From positions 11,078 through 75,077 of IMG/VR virus record IMGVR_UViG_3300009151_000057: DNA of 64,000 nucleotides, one strand, 5' to 3'. The notes under the pieces were generated by a model. The model searched no databases, was not told where the DNA came from, and saw only the letters and a program-made list of their open reading frames with translations. The position numbers were made by a program, and so were the translations under genes. Positions 62,633-64,000 of the stretch are shown here, one piece after another. Origin of the DNA: a virus. Position 1 is the first letter of the stretch. Each line of letters opens with the position of its first letter.

Positions 62633-62854
62633 ATGGCACACGACGACATTATACCTAGTGACGACTTTCCTCACGACTATACTGATGAAATAGTTTGTGC
62701 TTATTGTGGTTATGAGTTTACGGATAGTTGGGAATTTAATGACACTCAAGATGAACAACATGTAGAGTGTTGTGAATGTGGAAAAGAGTTTTTTCTTTAC
62801 GTAAACATAACCGTCAATTATACTACCAGAAAGAAGCAGAACTTTAATAAATGA
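62633..62854 (+). CDS. Small Zn-ribbon protein
   Basis: CAYCG...CCECGKEF...YTT. Confidence 0.7.
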   Translation: MAHDDIIPSDDFPHDYTDEIVCAYCGYEFTDSWEFNDTQDEQHVECCECGKEFFLYVNITVNYTTRKKQNFNK

Positions 62855-63075
62855 ACAAAACTGATACAGAAGATCTAAAACTTAAAATTTTTCTTTTAGA
62901 TAAAACTGCTAAAATTAGAGTGCGTAAAAAAGTTGCCACTCAGTGGCTTATAGATGACAAAACTATTAATATTGGAGCAACGGTATATTGGTTACAAATT
63001 AAAGATATTGGTTTAAGTGTTTGTGAAATTACTCTTGCACCTTGTGATGTGAAAGAAACAAAAGTATTAAAATGA
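62851..63075 (+). CDS. Hypothetical protein
   Basis: 74-aa ORF. Confidence 0.6.
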   Translation: MNKTDTEDLKLKIFLLDKTAKIRVRKKVATQWLIDDKTINIGATVYWLQIKDIGLSVCEITLAPCDVKETKVLK

Positions 63076-63114
63076 CGAAGAATTAGACAAATTTTATAAA
63101 CAGAAATAAATTCA

Positions 63115-63156
63115 AGCTCGACTATCCACAGGAAACCCTCTAATATTGTAGCATGA
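63115..63156 (+). repeat. 42-bp promoter-containing repeat, copy 1
   Basis: 37/42 identical to 63796-63837; TCGACT-N17-TAATAT-N6-ATG. Confidence 0.8.
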
Positions 63157-63240
63157 AAGACAAGGTGCTATGAATATTGCAGCATCTACCATAGCTAACG
63201 AACTGAAACCCAAACCCAACATCAGAAAGACTAAATCAAA

Positions 63241-63582
63241 ATGATTATTGGAACCCTTACTTTCAATCAAGCCATCGACAAACTGTATCACGCCCATTCG
63301 ATCCATGCGGATCAACTTGGGGAATTTGTTGACATTCACTTACACGACGACGCTCTTGACATACTTCCTTGTTCCAACGATGACAAGTACGAGTTTTTTA
63401 AGTCGCAGAATGAAACTGTTTCAATCTGTTCCTCTATTGGTTCCAGTTCAACATTTCAGTACATGAGAATGTACACAGAAGATGGAGACGAAATGGATTT
63501 CGTTCTCTTTGAACCCGCACCAATCATCACGATGGATGAACTGCTTCAATTCCGTTTACATGTTGGAAATGGCGAAATATGA
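63241..63582 (+). CDS. Hypothetical protein
   Basis: 113-aa acidic ORF. Confidence 0.6.
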   Translation: MIIGTLTFNQAIDKLYHAHSIHADQLGEFVDIHLHDDALDILPCSNDDKYEFFKSQNETVSICSSIGSSSTFQYMRMYTEDGDEMDFVLFEPAPIITMDELLQFRLHVGNGEI

Positions 63583-63797
63583 TAGAGAAGACTAATATGG
63601 GACACTCAAACTACAAACTAACAGACGAACAAAAAAGAGTGCTTGATAGTATTGCGAATAGTATTGTAATCGCAATCGAAGATCATTGTAGAGATCATGA
63701 AATCTTGAACATGTATGAGACACCTGACAGTGAATTTGATAACGACAAGTTCGACGCAGTGGTGTGGTATATTGGGGATTATATTTCTGCTTGTTAG
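63579..63797 (+). CDS. Hypothetical protein
   Basis: 72-aa ORF with ATGA overlap. Confidence 0.6.
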   Translation: MIEKTNMGHSNYKLTDEQKRVLDSIANSIVIAIEDHCRDHEILNMYETPDSEFDNDKFDAVVWYIGDYISAC

Positions 63798-63837
63798 CTT
63801 GACACTCCACATGAAACCATCTAATATTGTAGCATGA
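63796..63837 (+). repeat. 42-bp promoter-containing repeat, copy 2
   Basis: TTGACA-N17-TAATAT-N6-ATG. Confidence 0.8.
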
Positions 63838-64000
63838 TCACATTAAAAACACTAGAACAAGCAACCGCCCAAGAAGTATTCGATCAAGCGGCAGAACATT
63901 TGTTAACACAGAACAAGCAAAGTGAAGGAGTACATAATAACGGGCTTACTTGTATGTATAGAAGTCCAGATGGGTTAAAGTGTGCGGCAGGTTGCCTTAT
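63834..64000 (+). CDS. Hypothetical protein, 5' part (runs off the window)
   Basis: MITLKTLEQATAQEVFDQAAEHLLTQ...CMYRSPDGLKCAAGCL. Confidence 0.7.
   Translation, partial: MITLKTLEQATAQEVFDQAAEHLLTQNKQSEGVHNNGLTCMYRSPDGLKCAAGCL

Noticed and set aside
67-63812. Numerous short antisense or nested ORFs in the track (e.g. 4916-5233, 25315-25662, 49989-50279, 61521-61823)
   Set aside because: They lie within well-supported genes on the opposite strand or in another frame and show no motifs or expression signals.
1-64000. Stop-codon reassignment
   Set aside because: Conserved genes are full length in the standard code, TAA, TAG and TGA all terminate genes at tight junctions, and no suppressor tRNA is seen.
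1-64000. Bacterial chromosome or integrated prophage
   Set aside because: Host-like genes (gmd, clp, guaC, ssrA, acpP) are interspersed with tail genes and small phage ORFs under shared promoter motifs, and there is no integrase or host-phage junction.

Overview
This is a 64-kb, very AT-rich, densely coding segment of a large dsDNA tailed phage that uses the standard genetic code. No integrase, terminase or capsid gene falls inside the window. In order, it contains: (1) a GDP-sugar cluster (ColD-like PLP enzyme, GDP-mannose 4,6-dehydratase); (2) a replication and recombination block (RecA-like, DnaB, primase, Cas4/RecB-like nuclease, and a Pol III alpha split into PHP, DEDDh exonuclease and core genes) plus a ClpA/C-type ATPase; (3) a chaperone-bearing tail fibre, several GT-B glycosyltransferases, a Whirly-like SSB candidate and a Sak/Rad52-like annealase; (4) a lambda-like tail-tip operon (L-K-I-I-J); (5) GuaC and a GH46 endolysin; (6) a tRNA region (Met, Tyr, Asn, Cys) containing a ~450-nt structured ncRNA with three covarying repeat domains and a 2.2-kb cassette (radical SAM + DUF1501) flanked by a 25-bp duplication of the tRNA-Tyr 3' end; (7) dCMP deaminase, a T4-BGT-like glycosyltransferase, ThyX, putative spanins and holins, tmRNA, an ECF sigma, MoxR/VWA, ACP and many small accessory ORFs, including a dispersed paralog family. 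Two promoter classes (TTGAC-N16/17-TANNNT and a GTGTAA motif) sit almost directly on start codons, which implies leaderless mRNAs. DUF1501 and the ECF sigma suggest a Verrucomicrobia/Planctomycetes host (inference). All family assignments come from motifs recognised by eye; no database searches were run.
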